A stretch of 32,000 bases of DNA from Amoeboradix gromovi X-113. Its lineage: Eukaryota; Fungi; Sanchytriomycota. Below are positions 8,470 to 19,739 of this stretch, in pieces. The first letter of the stretch is position 1. The number at the start of each line of letters is the position of its first letter. A model generated the notes under the pieces. The model searched no databases and was not told where the DNA came from. It was given only the letters and a program-made list of their open reading frames with translations. The DNA lies in assembly GCA_018985225.1 (NCBI GenBank), contig JADGIF010000011.1, positions 13,167 through 45,166 on the forward strand, given 5' to 3'. The translations under genes and the position numbers were made by a program.

Positions 8470-9977
8470 AATACTAGTACCAATAAAAAGAAGTCCTATG
8501 ATATTGAGAGTTTATTTTTTGTCTTTTCACTTTCACGCCAACGGTAATATTGGTGTAACGCATTCCAGAATAAAACATGTTAGCCAGTAGTGCAATTCGG
8601 ACAACCAATACCACTCTAGCTTTGAGTTAAAATGTATATTGAGTCACGCACACTGCTTTATGCAAGATATTTGAATAGACGTGCTAGTTTAGATTCATCC
8701 CACTAGATTAATCTGAGTACTATGGTGATTTGACTCAAGCATGGTATGCTTAATAGATGAATTTATTTTAAACTGAACCAGATTTTCTTATCTCTTTGCG
8801 CCCAAGCGAATCTTCTTGTTCTGCCCACTCTTAACTCTTCGCTGAATCTGGGTCCGATAGTTGTTAAAATCTGATAAATTCTGTACAGTTTGGTTCTTTA
8901 CATCTATTCCAGAAACAGTCAACCGTGCTATTGGCGCTGTGTGACTGATTCCCAATAGCATTGTATTTTTTTGTCAACTCTTGCTTCAAAATGCTTATGA
9001 CATGCATATAGGATATGGTTTTACTAATATGCCTACATTATTTCAAATGGAGAGATGTCATCATATCAATACACAACTCGATAGAACATGGCTTGGTACG
9101 AATCTCTTGCAAAGGCACGAGCTGATCCAAATGATTTTGGATTACTGACGGTTGGATCTAAATGAACTGAAAATTTAGTAAACTCGTCAACTTACTCCTC
9201 ATTGTATCTTTCGTCAATAAACGCAAATGATCTCTGTTAGAAGGTGCTTGATTTCTTCCAAAGTAGAATTAGCTTTGTCAGTTGTTTCAAAAACACCACT
9301 TGATGTATCCAAATCAGTGCTTCCATTGTTACAGTCCTGTGGATTTCGAAAGGCGATAAATATATTAAAACATTTATTTAGTGTTATACTGTGCTATGCA
9401 TCTTTTTTGAGTAAGTTGAGTCTTGCCGCAATGTATTTGTACAATCTTCTGCGATAACGATTTTTCTTATACATTTTCACCCTTGACTACCCAAACACTA
9501 AGAAAAGCAGCTTATAATTAGTGTTTCTATTGATTAAATAGTCCACCCGGATTAGTCTAGTCTCACCGAAATCAGAATGGGATGGCGATTCGGGATTAAT
9601 CCAAACCTGCATGTCTATCTTAGAATATTCCGAGTTTTTGTTGCTTCATAGTATTATTAACCTTGAGGCACTTCTTGTCCTTGTTAGATCAAGGTTTTGA
9701 CTCCAGATAAATCCCATCAGTCTTTTTCTTCAAAGAAAGTAAGTTTATTCAACCGTAAATACCTTACTATTTTATGGGGGAAACTTTAGAAAGTAGTGAC
9801 TTTGTTTCTTATGTAATTGATTCAAGAGATTACTCCGAGTGTGCAGTTTCGTGCTATGACTTTTATGATGAAAGTATTATATAATCCAATGTAATACTAT
9901 CCTGATCTAACTCTTGCGACGTGTGCAGCCAAGAATGTTTGTAGTGCCGGTCTGAATTTAAAACAGTTTTAAAAATT

Positions 9978-10964
9978 ATGAAAGTTTTACCAGTAGATAT
10001 ACTCTATGAAATATTCCAATATTTAGATATATCTGATGTGGTGAAAATCAAACAGCTGAATAAACAGTACCTGCACATGTTTAAAGCCGTAAAATGGAGA
10101 ATTCAAATTCAGCAAGGAAACAGCAATATTTTTTACAAGTCCGATTTATTTCATGTTTTCAAACTGTCATTGGACGCATTCCATTTGGAATGTGTGAATT
10201 TGAAAACATATTTGAGAGAACTCACTCTCTTAAACTGTAAATTAAGGCTGGATTACAACAGTCTTGTAAATATAAGAAAACTAAGCTTGATATCATGTAA
10301 AAAGGTTGTTATAGATCTCCCAAAATTGGAATATTTAAATCTCTCGTACTCGGAATGCAAAATAATAAACTGTGAGAATGTGTTCCATTTAGATATAAGT
10401 TACACCAAAGTAAACAAACTGCCACATACCACTAGATTAAAGTATCTTTTCATGGACCACACATCTATAACAGATGTCTCACATTTGAACAAGCTGGAAA
10501 TGCTAAGCGTTGAGGGATCAAATATAGAGTCATTGCCTAAGACAGGCCATCTACTGAATTTTTTGAATATTAGTCATATTCCAATTACAGAGACGCAGAT
10601 AATTCAATTTTTACCAACCTGTAAAAATTTAAATATTTTAGAATTAGAACACATGATAATTACTAGTTTAACTCTAGATTGCATAATATCTAACAGAATT
10701 CCATTGCATGAACTAAACTTGAATGAAACAAATGTGTTTACACATGATCTTATTTACTTACTTTCAAACTCCTCTAGTTCTTTGAAAAGTTTATCAATCG
10801 ATAGTACAAGAGTAGATAAGAGATTTATTGACTTTTTGATTGATTCCCCCACTAATTTGACCAATCTGAGTGCCCTAGATATCCATTTTGACCTAGTCAA
10901 AATTAATTATCTAAAATCGGTCAACAGACACCTTATGATACATGTCACTAATTGTTTTCAGTAA
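9978..10964 (+). CDS. F-box/leucine-rich-repeat protein
   Basis: N-terminal LPVDILYEIFQYL F-box and repeated LxxLxLSxTxI LRR units. Confidence 0.88.
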   Translation: MKVLPVDILYEIFQYLDISDVVKIKQLNKQYLHMFKAVKWRIQIQQGNSNIFYKSDLFHVFKLSLDAFHLECVNLKTYLRELTLLNCKLRLDYNSLVNIRKLSLISCKKVVIDLPKLEYLNLSYSECKIINCENVFHLDISYTKVNKLPHTTRLKYLFMDHTSITDVSHLNKLEMLSVEGSNIESLPKTGHLLNFLNISHIPITETQIIQFLPTCKNLNILELEHMIITSLTLDCIISNRIPLHELNLNETNVFTHDLIYLLSNSSSSLKSLSIDSTRVDKRFIDFLIDSPTNLTNLSALDIHFDLVKINYLKSVNRHLMIHVTNCFQ

Positions 10965-11040
10965 ATCATTTTTCATATCTAGAGCCGTCTATATTTCATC
11001 ACTTTTAGTCTAGGGGTAAGCTGTTACATACCAAATCAAC

Positions 11041-11217
11041 ATGTCAAGCTCGAATGTAATCTCTCCAAAGCCCATTTTAATAAACAGACTCAACATGGTT
11101 GACCATGCAGTTGTTGGTAGCCCTATTACCCGTGCTCCTAATCCTGTTCATGATGATGAATATCCATCGTGTATGCTGCATAGGTCTAAAAGTATGACGG
11201 AATTGAGAGAATTGTAA
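11041..11217 (+). CDS. Candidate 58-aa protein not in the ORF track
   Basis: CAAC-ATG ... TAA, MSSSNVISPKPILINRLNMVDHAVVGSPITRAPNPVHDDEYPSCMLHRSKSMTELREL. Fills the gap between two genes. Confidence 0.45.
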   Translation: MSSSNVISPKPILINRLNMVDHAVVGSPITRAPNPVHDDEYPSCMLHRSKSMTELREL

Positions 11218-11254
11218 AATATAAAATAGTAAATATTGTATTGTAATAATTTAT

Positions 11255-12031
11255 TTATGGAGAGAGTAATGGTTGACTTTCTTCACCATTTTGCCTCCAA
11301 CTTAACCACATTCGTTTTAACCATCCAATATCTTCCGTAACGCTCGTTAAACAGTCATGCTTGCAAACAGGACAGAATGACGACTTCTTGGTTAACCAGT
11401 ATTGTATACATTCTCTGTGGTAATAGTGATGACATGGTAACTCACTCATTACTTCCATACTTAGTGCATCCAAGCAAATGGGGCATAAATTTTCTTCAAC
11501 GCTTTTCTCGTCATGGTCTAATGCATAAGTAGTTTTATCAATAACTGGCAAAGTGTTAAACTGAAAGTCAGACAACATACGAATAGGCTCTTCATCCGGT
11601 GTGTATAAATACCAATGAAGAATTCCACTCATGATGCAACTTAGACCCAATAAAATCAGAAGTATAATCAAAATAAGCTGCCATAAATGATTAGGCTCAG
11701 TAATAGCTATAATCGGATATCTATCCATTACGGTATACTCCGAAATGATATTTAAGACTTTATCAATATCTTCATTCGACATATAATACATATTTAAAGC
11801 TTCTGGTACTTGTGTTAAATTAGAAATACTACCTACTATATTCAAACTGTTCAAATGACTGAATAAGTCTGCATCTGAACAGTTTGATTCTTTAAATATC
11901 AGAACGCTTGGTTGAACAGGTACTGCTATACTGCATGGATCTCCAGTAAATATGTAAGATTTATAGTATCCAGGATGATTTTGGTTCAACGGTACTATGG
12001 TTAATGAAAGTCCATGTAAAAGTAATTGCAT
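11255..12031 (-). CDS. Single-pass membrane RING-H2 E3 ubiquitin ligase (PA-TM-RING-like)
   Basis: TM helix LWQLILIILLILLGLSCIM and CPICLD...LPCHHYYHRECIQYWL...CPVCK. First ATG at 12031; start uncertain. Confidence 0.88.
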   Translation of the reverse strand: MQLLLHGLSLTIVPLNQNHPGYYKSYIFTGDPCSIAVPVQPSVLIFKESNCSDADLFSHLNSLNIVGSISNLTQVPEALNMYYMSNEDIDKVLNIISEYTVMDRYPIIAITEPNHLWQLILIILLILLGLSCIMSGILHWYLYTPDEEPIRMLSDFQFNTLPVIDKTTYALDHDEKSVEENLCPICLDALSMEVMSELPCHHYYHRECIQYWLTKKSSFCPVCKHDCLTSVTEDIGWLKRMWLSWRQNGEESQPLLSP

Positions 12032-12120
12032 GATATCACCCGACAATTCCCCGTGATTTGATCTTAATAAAGTATAAACCAATCAAATCAACATTACCAC
12101 ATAACATATTAAATAGTTTA

Positions 12121-14156
12121 TTACTTCTTCTCAGCTACAATTGTCTTCAAGGTTTCCTTGAAGTCATTGAAATTGACTATTTCTCCTCTACTCTTTTTAG
12201 ATTCATCATCTCTACTTCTTACATTTACTGCTTCCTGATCTAGCTCTTCTTGACCCACAATTAGAATGTAGTTATACTGTAACAACTGAGCATTTCTCAC
12301 TTTCTTGTTCAATGTTAGGTCGCTTTGATCCACCTCGCTATAAAATCCCTCCTCGTGTAACCTCTGATTTATTTTAATAGCGTACTCGTTAAATGCGTGC
12401 GCTATTGGGATTATTACCACCTGTCTTGGTGATATCCAAAGTGGCCTATATTAGATCTTTGTTACCATTTACCAGCGTAGTGTTCCAAAAGCACAGCGAA
12501 CATCCGTTCAACACTCCCAAGTATTGCTCTATGAATCATTACGGGTCTATCTAGCCCTGTTTCGCTTCTGTATTCTAACCCAAATCTTTGTGGCAACTGG
12601 AAATCCAACTGAATTGTAGCACATTGATGTGATCTGTTCAGAGCATCTTTAACCGTAATATCAATCTTTGGACCATAGAACGCACCGTCTCCTTCATTAA
12701 TAGTCCATGGATTCCCAAATTCATCCAATGCGCTCTGCAATAATTTCTCAGCCTCATTCCACGTTTCAACTTCCCCCAAATATTTCTCAGGCCTAGTTGA
12801 TAATCTCAAGTCAAATTTAAATCCAAACACACCATAAACCTCTTTTAGAAAATCTAAGCATCCTAGCATTTCCTGTTTGATTTGATTAATTGTACAGAAT
12901 ATGTGAGCATCGTCCTGACAAAAACGACGAACTCGAGTAAGTCCACTTAGGGCACCACTGAACTCATTGCGATGCAGTACTCCAAAGTCTGCAAGTCGCA
13001 ATGGAAGTTCTCTATAAGACCTGTCTCTATTCTTGAACATTAAGCAATGGCCAGGGCAGTTCATGGGTTTTAATGCAAATTTTTCCTTTTCAACATCAAA
13101 CGAGAACATGTTCTCCTGGTAGTTCATCCAGTGGCCACTGGTTTCCCAGAGCCTGGTGTTGTACATATTTGGAGTAATTACTTCATGAAACCCTCTTTTG
13201 CGATACTGTTCCTTCATATAATCAACTAACTTGTTATAAACACGAGTACCATGAGGAAGGAAGAAAGCAGACCCAGGTGAGTATTCATGGAACATAACCA
13301 ACTCCATTTCTTTACCCAATTTACGATGATCACGTTTAGCAGCCTCTTCTAAAAACTTCTTGTGTTGTTTTAATTCCTTCTTACTTGGAAAGGAGATACC
13401 ATAAATACGCTGCAATGTATCGTTTTCTTTCTTACCTAACCAATAAGCGGCCGAGTTCTTCGTTAACATCAAAGCTTTAATGTATCCTGTATCGGGCACA
13501 TGTGGCCCACGACACAAATCAATCAGTTCACCGCAGCGATACACAGTACTGCCTTCAGCAGTGATTTTAGATTCAATCAACTCGACCTTGTATTTGTTGT
13601 ATTTGAACATATCTAACAGTTCCGCTTTTGTTAAGAATAAGCGTTCAAAAGGCTGCTTTTCTTTAGTAATTTCATCTATTTGCGCTTCTAATTCATGGTA
13701 GTCCTCAGGCGATACTACACGATCATGTTCGTTGGTGATTTTATTCTTTAGAGTAGCTTCATAAAAGAAACCACCATCCTCTAATGGAGGACCAAATCCT
13801 AATAGCGCTTCCATCTTTTGCTCCATACTTTCGCCAAGAACATGGGCAGAACTGTGCCAAAACACCATTTTCCCTTCTTGAGAACTGAAATCCAACAATT
13901 CTAGGTTACAGCTTGTTTCTAAAGGACGATGGAGATCCCAAAGATCATTTTTGTTAAGCCTTGCGACTAGCACTCGGTTAGCTAAACTAGTAGAAATATC
14001 TTTAGCGATTTCATAAGGAGTAGTTTTCCAGGATAAGCCGTCTATTTCTTTGCCGTCAGGTAAAGTGACTTTAATGTTCTCATTAGATTTTGAGCTAAGT
14101 TTATCTCTGTATCTGTGCGCATACCTGTCCCATTTTTCTAATCTCTCTTTTAACAT
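12121..14156 (-). CDS. THS1: Threonyl-tRNA synthetase; exons 14156-12466 and 12445-12121
   Basis: TGS domain, [37 protein letters not shown]. Splicing restores [14 protein letters not shown] and joins the anticodon-binding domain. Confidence 0.96.
12446..12465 (-). other. 20-nt spliceosomal intron
   Basis: GTAACAAAGATCTAATATAG: GT-AG ends, CTAAT branch site, in-frame stop. Removal restores the conserved ThrRS sequence. Confidence 0.9.
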
Positions 14157-14200
14157 TCTTCTCAACACTTTGTAAACTCCTTAAACTGAATTTTAAATTT

Positions 14201-14482
14201 ATGTTGCTGAAGCACATTGCAAAATTGTCGATTAACTATTCAAAGACTAGCCCCAATCCCAATGTAGTTACGTTTTTAGCGCGAATTGGAAAAAAGTTCA
14301 AGTCCAATAATCCGGATTGTGTTGTTGAGATTAACGAAGGAGTTGATCCACAAGTAATTTGTGAGTTTACAGATGGGAAGACTTTAGACTTCAAGTCCAA
14401 TAAGGATGATGAGATATACAATCAACTTTTGCAGTATAGCGATAGATTGGAAATGGAGAACCGGATCGCACAATTAAAATAA
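14201..14482 (+). CDS. Mitochondrial ribosomal protein mL53-like (yeast MrpL44 family)
   Basis: 93 aa. The MLLKHIAKLSINY...TFLARI...PQVICEFTDGKTLDF pattern resembles the mL53 family. Confidence 0.62.
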   Translation: MLLKHIAKLSINYSKTSPNPNVVTFLARIGKKFKSNNPDCVVEINEGVDPQVICEFTDGKTLDFKSNKDDEIYNQLLQYSDRLEMENRIAQLK

Positions 14483-14498
14483 AAATTGAACAATTTTA

Positions 14499-17400
14499 TT
14501 AACCTCTTGCAGGTGGTTTCAATACGTGTATCTTCATGTTATCACGATCTTTTAATGTTGATGCATCCTGTGGACTAATCAATATGTATTGACATGGTGT
14601 GGACTCTGCTGACTCCATTAGTATTCCAATAGCGATTTGTCTTGTCAGTGGATCCATGAAGACATCATACTCATCTAAACACCTTAAAGGACTCGGCACA
14701 TGATGCCATAGTGAGCATAAGAAGCAAACACTCGCATAGCTCTTCTCTCCGCCACTTAGACTCTTAACATCTCTACTTACTAATTTCTTTTTGTTCTGTA
14801 TCCTTAATATTTGATCTTGTTCCACCGCTAGTTTAATATCTAATGTTTTTTCTTCGTGGTTTATCTCTAGAGTACCACTATATCCCCTTCGCTTGGTTAA
14901 ATATAGAAAAGATTGCTTGGCACTTGCAGTAACCATATTCCGATGTGCCTCTAGCTTTTGCTTCCTAATTGTTATCCCCATTTTTAAACAATTTATTATT
15001 TTGTCAAATTGCTCCAGCATCGAGTTGGCTTCATCAAAGGTCCTTGCATCCTCGGCATACCGCGTCAACGCGTCTTCGTATGTAACGTTTTCTCTTTGCT
15101 CTATATCATTCTTCACCTTGTCCAGCTGCTCTTTCGTTGCTTTTAACTGTGCCAATGACTCCTTTACTTCTATTCTTTCTCCGCTTACCTTACTAGATAA
15201 AGATTCCAACTTAAATGATATTTCTACCAAGTCATCTTGCCGTTTTTCGATAGCAAGCGAATTGATATTAAGATCTTTAATATTCTTGTTATACTCCAAC
15301 TCTTGGTCTGTAAGTATTTGGTTTAGATTCCTTGCGTGGGCCTTGATCTCTCTAATCTCTTCCAAACATTTGTTGGCATTCAATTGTAAGCTGCTTTCCC
15401 TCGAGATATCCTCGCTTATCAAAGATTCGGTATCCACTATTTCGGAATTGTAAAGCTTTAGCTGTTTTTGGTAGCTCTGGATTATTGCATTGGAGTCGTT
15501 TATCTGTTTTACTAATCCGTCGTTCTCTGCTTGTTCTACATTCATTGATTTGACTAACTCGTCTACCTTTTTATTTAGCTGCTTATTTTTATTAGACAAC
15601 TCCTTTAACTCGCCTGCTACTGCACGCGATGCAGACTCTGAATTGCTGGCTTTTAATTTAACTTTATTTAATTCTAGCTCCAAAACTCGCTGCTGGTTAC
15701 TCAGCTCTGTCAAGCTATTTCTAGCCTCTTTTATTAATACACCCTGATTAATTGCAAATGGTGATGCACCGCGATGTAAGGCTAACCATTTGGATTGTTT
15801 GTTGTTCTTGCTCAACTCATATCCACTCATTTTACTTGATTGGATGGGGTAATAGGATTTAATGATTTTACTGTTATTGCATGACATACAAGACTCGCGG
15901 TCCTTGAATAAAGCCAAAGATTCTATGCGGTATGAGTCGATTAAGTGTCTTGTAACATATTCATTATCAATCGATAAAATGGAATAAAAAGTAGTTTGGT
16001 CATTGATTACACCACTACTGAAGTCAAATAGTTCTCTACTTCGCAAAGTTATGCTAGGTTTATACTTGTATTGTTTCATTATGGATTTTAACTTACTTAA
16101 ATCAGACTGAGTAAACACGATAAAATCAGTCATATTTCTAGCCAATATCGAATCCAGTATTCTATGGAATTGGCTGTAATCTGATTTTAATTGAACGTGT
16201 AATCCTATAGGTCCAAGAGGTTTAAACTTCCAATCGGACTGATTAATTGTGTTGATTATGAGTTCCATTGTGGATCCACCTATTGCATTTATTTTGTTCC
16301 TCTCAGCAGACTGCATTTCACTAATCTCAGCACGTATAGTTAGCCCTTTTGATTTTAACTCATTCAAAGACGCTACGTGAGATCCTACATCCTTCTCAAA
16401 TTTCTGTTTCATTTTAGAGTGCTTGTCCAATTCAGAGTTCTTTTCGTCCAATAGTTTTAAAAAGCCTTCTCTCTCCTTGTGAGCGTGTGCTAATTCGATT
16501 CTAACTTGATTGATTCTACTCTGCTGCGTTGTACTAAATTGTTCAACTTCTGATTCTAACCGTTTATTATAGTGATCCAGCTTCAAGCTTTCAGCTTCTA
16601 TCTGTTTATTTAAGATAGATTTCTTGCGATTCAAGTCATTGACCTTTGATTTATTAGATTTTATTGCGTTTTTTATCATTTCTGATTTATTAACTGATGG
16701 GTCTCGTAAATCTAAACACTCGGACTCTTTAACTTTTAGCTTCTCAATAGAGTCCTTTGTATTACTTAATTTTTGGTGAGTGCTTTCGACTAGCAATTTG
16801 AGTTTAGTTGAAAATTCTCTTAACTTGACTAAATCAGATTCGCAAATTTCTTTGCTCTTTTCGCACTCATAAACCATTGCCCATAATATTTTCGTTATAA
16901 TACTACTGATTTGTGTGGATGCATGCTGTGCTTGTTCAACACGATTCAAAATGGTTTGCGATTGTTTCTTTTTTGACTCTAATATGGACAGGTTTTGTAT
17001 TTTAGATGTCATAATAGTTTTGGATTTCATGTAGTTTTTGTATGCTGTCTCTAGCCATTCTTCAACTTCGCTAAGTCGTGTGGCTCTTTTAAAGAAGTCG
17101 TATTTGTTTTTGACTGACGAAGAAAACAAGAATTTCTTGGCATTCTCCTGAGTCAAAACATTTAAAGGATTATTAACAACTATATTGAAGTGATCTTCAA
17201 CCATTGATACTACAGATTTCTTGTCTTTATATATACAGAGATTGGATTCGCTAAGCAACTTCCAATGACCATTAGCACTATCTAATCTACGTTCTATGAC
17301 TATGGATGCACCAAATCTTTCATACTGATAAGGATACTTGGTATTGTCAATGGTTAATCTTATTGTGGCAGACTTGTGGCCATCTTTAATTAGATTCCTT

Positions 17401-17810
17401 AAATTTCTGCCGCGATCGGAGAACGCGCTAGTTCCACCTAGAGCAATTATTATTGCAGACAATACAGAGGATTTGCCGCTGCCGTTTTGGCCAACTATGA
17501 AATTTATGTTCTGATTTAGATCTAGCTGAAAATGGGCATGGCACATAAAGTTCTCCAAATAAATTGATTTAATCCACATAGTATCAGTTGAAAGAGGATT
17601 CGCATCTTTCTGAGGAACATTCTCAATATTTTCAACATCCACTTCATCAGATGATTCATAGAAATCTGCCTTTCTTTTGGAAGGATGATTACCCAATTTT
17701 CGCTTTTTAATAAGTGGATTATCTGTGGGTGGGTTTAGAAATTCTGATGAAGAGGTGTTGTCATTGGATATAATTAGAGAGTGTTCATCGCTAGAAGTGA
17801 CCTGAGGCAT
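14499..17810 (-). CDS. SMC6: Structural maintenance of chromosomes protein 6
   Basis: LENFMCH, GQNGSGKS Walker A, hinge PLGPIG, LSGGEKS signature, CLDEYDVFMD Walker B. Confidence 0.95.
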   Translation of the reverse strand: MPQVTSSDEHSLIISNDNTSSSEFLNPPTDNPLIKKRKLGNHPSKRKADFYESSDEVDVENIENVPQKDANPLSTDTMWIKSIYLENFMCHAHFQLDLNQNINFIVGQNGSGKSSVLSAIIIALGGTSAFSDRGRNLRNLIKDGHKSATIRLTIDNTKYPYQYERFGASIVIERRLDSANGHWKLLSESNLCIYKDKKSVVSMVEDHFNIVVNNPLNVLTQENAKKFLFSSSVKNKYDFFKRATRLSEVEEWLETAYKNYMKSKTIMTSKIQNLSILESKKKQSQTILNRVEQAQHASTQISSIITKILWAMVYECEKSKEICESDLVKLREFSTKLKLLVESTHQKLSNTKDSIEKLKVKESECLDLRDPSVNKSEMIKNAIKSNKSKVNDLNRKKSILNKQIEAESLKLDHYNKRLESEVEQFSTTQQSRINQVRIELAHAHKEREGFLKLLDEKNSELDKHSKMKQKFEKDVGSHVASLNELKSKGLTIRAEISEMQSAERNKINAIGGSTMELIINTINQSDWKFKPLGPIGLHVQLKSDYSQFHRILDSILARNMTDFIVFTQSDLSKLKSIMKQYKYKPSITLRSRELFDFSSGVINDQTTFYSILSIDNEYVTRHLIDSYRIESLALFKDRESCMSCNNSKIIKSYYPIQSSKMSGYELSKNNKQSKWLALHRGASPFAINQGVLIKEARNSLTELSNQQRVLELELNKVKLKASNSESASRAVAGELKELSNKNKQLNKKVDELVKSMNVEQAENDGLVKQINDSNAIIQSYQKQLKLYNSEIVDTESLISEDISRESSLQLNANKCLEEIREIKAHARNLNQILTDQELEYNKNIKDLNINSLAIEKRQDDLVEISFKLESLSSKVSGERIEVKESLAQLKATKEQLDKVKNDIEQRENVTYEDALTRYAEDARTFDEANSMLEQFDKIINCLKMGITIRKQKLEAHRNMVTASAKQSFLYLTKRRGYSGTLEINHEEKTLDIKLAVEQDQILRIQNKKKLVSRDVKSLSGGEKSYASVCFLCSLWHHVPSPLRCLDEYDVFMDPLTRQIAIGILMESAESTPCQYILISPQDASTLKDRDNMKIHVLKPPARG

Positions 17811-18959
17811 GGGGTATTTATATTGGATTTAATTAAAAACATTTATGCATTATGTTAGATGATTGCGATGCAATTAAACTGATTATAATGTCAAACTCAT
17901 CTATTGCATTTGAAACCTCATAGTTATGAAGTCTAAGCCGACTCAGGGACTGCTTTACACAAAATAAATATTTCTAGAGTTTATGATGCTAAAGTTATGA
18001 CCGAATGCCTTTACAACATCCTAATTCGAAGGCCGATGCAAGACTAGCAAAAAATAATCGTTTTGCATCAGGTGCTTCCTAGGTTTGATAAAAACTTGAA
18101 TCCGGTCTTATGCACATTCTAGACATTGAAAAGATTATTTTAGACCAAGGATTGAATAAGGTACAAACTTGGTGTTACAGCAGCTTTGCGTTTCCCGGAT
18201 ACAATTGTTTTAATTTTCTCAAGACTCATTTCATAAGTTCTTGTACCTATTGTATAATCAAGTGTACCATTCATTATTGAATATCAGTCATTTTCAATAA
18301 ACAACAAACCAACGGAGTCTCAACAAGTATCCTTCTGAAGATAATCTGGATACATGATACAATGAGCTTATCTTGCTTGTTTGAGAATCCGAAGAAAATT
18401 ACCGACACTACACCGACCAATTAATGTTAAAACATAGGTATGTTGAAACTGTAAACAGGTCTATCTTGAAGCACTAGTGCAGCTGTATTAGTTAACCCAG
18501 TTTGATTTATTAAAAGCTAGTCCCCCTTGATTGCTTCCGGAGTAAGTTCTATCTCCTTTGGCTGTAATTGTAAGATTTCGATCTGTCCTATTCGATAAAA
18601 ATAAGCCAGTACTCAGGCATCTCATTCATTTGAACTGTTTTGCTTTTCTAGGAAATGTCATTAACGTTAGCTTCGATGTTATTTGAGAGTGTGAAGTAGC
18701 AGAATAAACGTTCAAATAACCAGGTTTATTTTTACTTTCTTTTATCGTATTTAAGGCTTGAGTTCTTTGAATTTGCTATCAAAAGATATTGACGTTTTCA
18801 GAAGGATACTGCACGATTACCTCGTGCAATCTCTAATATAGCGAAAAACATAACAAATTTCATGAAAAATTGATCATTACAAGATCTAAAACAATAGCAG
18901 TGCTGTGTTCTGTTGCGGCGATGCAGTAATTTCGAAGACCTATCTGTAATTATAAGGCA

Positions 18960-19420
18960 GATTAATACTTGGTGTAAGCAATTCTGGTCAAGTTTTCAAT
19001 GAATTGGTACTTGAACTTGTCTGGCAAACGTAGAGTTCGTTTAGTATAAGTAAGTGATTATGCCCAGCTTTAGCAAAAGACTTTATTTTGAATCGAGAAA
19101 AGACCAATTCTGACGAAATGCCTCATTTCCAATTGGGAGGAACACCCAGAAACCACACTAGACTACACATTATCATAAATTCATTATCTCCAACAGAACA
19201 AAGAAACAAAAAAACAGACAGAAAGAGAAATTGCAAAAGAGCAAAAACATGATAATGAAGCACTAGAAACGACATTGAGTTAAAATTACCACATCCAAAA
19301 AACATTACACTACAATTAAGAGAATATGTACAATTATGCCATCCCATTCAAGTACAATCCTTTCTATTTTTGAACTGCTATTTGGACGCAGAAGCAACAT
19401 CTCAGGATACCCAAACTACT
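18960..19420 (+). pseudogene. Degenerate Gypsy-type (rve) integrase core
   Basis: Ordered fragments YLV*AILVKFS, NSDEMPHF, MYNYAI/HSSTILSIFELLFGR (compare YNxxxHSSTGxSPFELLFGR). Confidence 0.65.
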
Positions 19421-19739
19421 CTGGGCTTCTTGAATGATGTTCAAAAATATTTCTTTCAAGATTATCAACTCAAAGACACTGAAATGAAAATTAGTAAGCA
19501 ATTGAGAAAAGCAATATTGAGAGGAAGAAGAGTTGCGATATATTAATTTACTGGGTGATGGAAATTAAGACAGAATGTGAAAATGGCTATCTGTTGAGAT
19601 ACTGCAACATATGCTCAAGTGTTATTAGCAATGCTGTTGAAAGAGAATCCAGTGCATTTTCATATTGAAGAAGCCTTTATGGTATAATATGGGACTGATA
19701 CATCATTTCAGGTAGTCTGAGTTGGAGTTTGAGACATTT

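Noticed and set aside
14893-15747. Antisense ORFs inside SMC6, and similar ones in TOP1, the kinase, RRP42, ThrRS, STT3 and LAT1
   Set aside because: These are shadow ORFs opposite real genes, mostly with non-ATG starts and no motifs.
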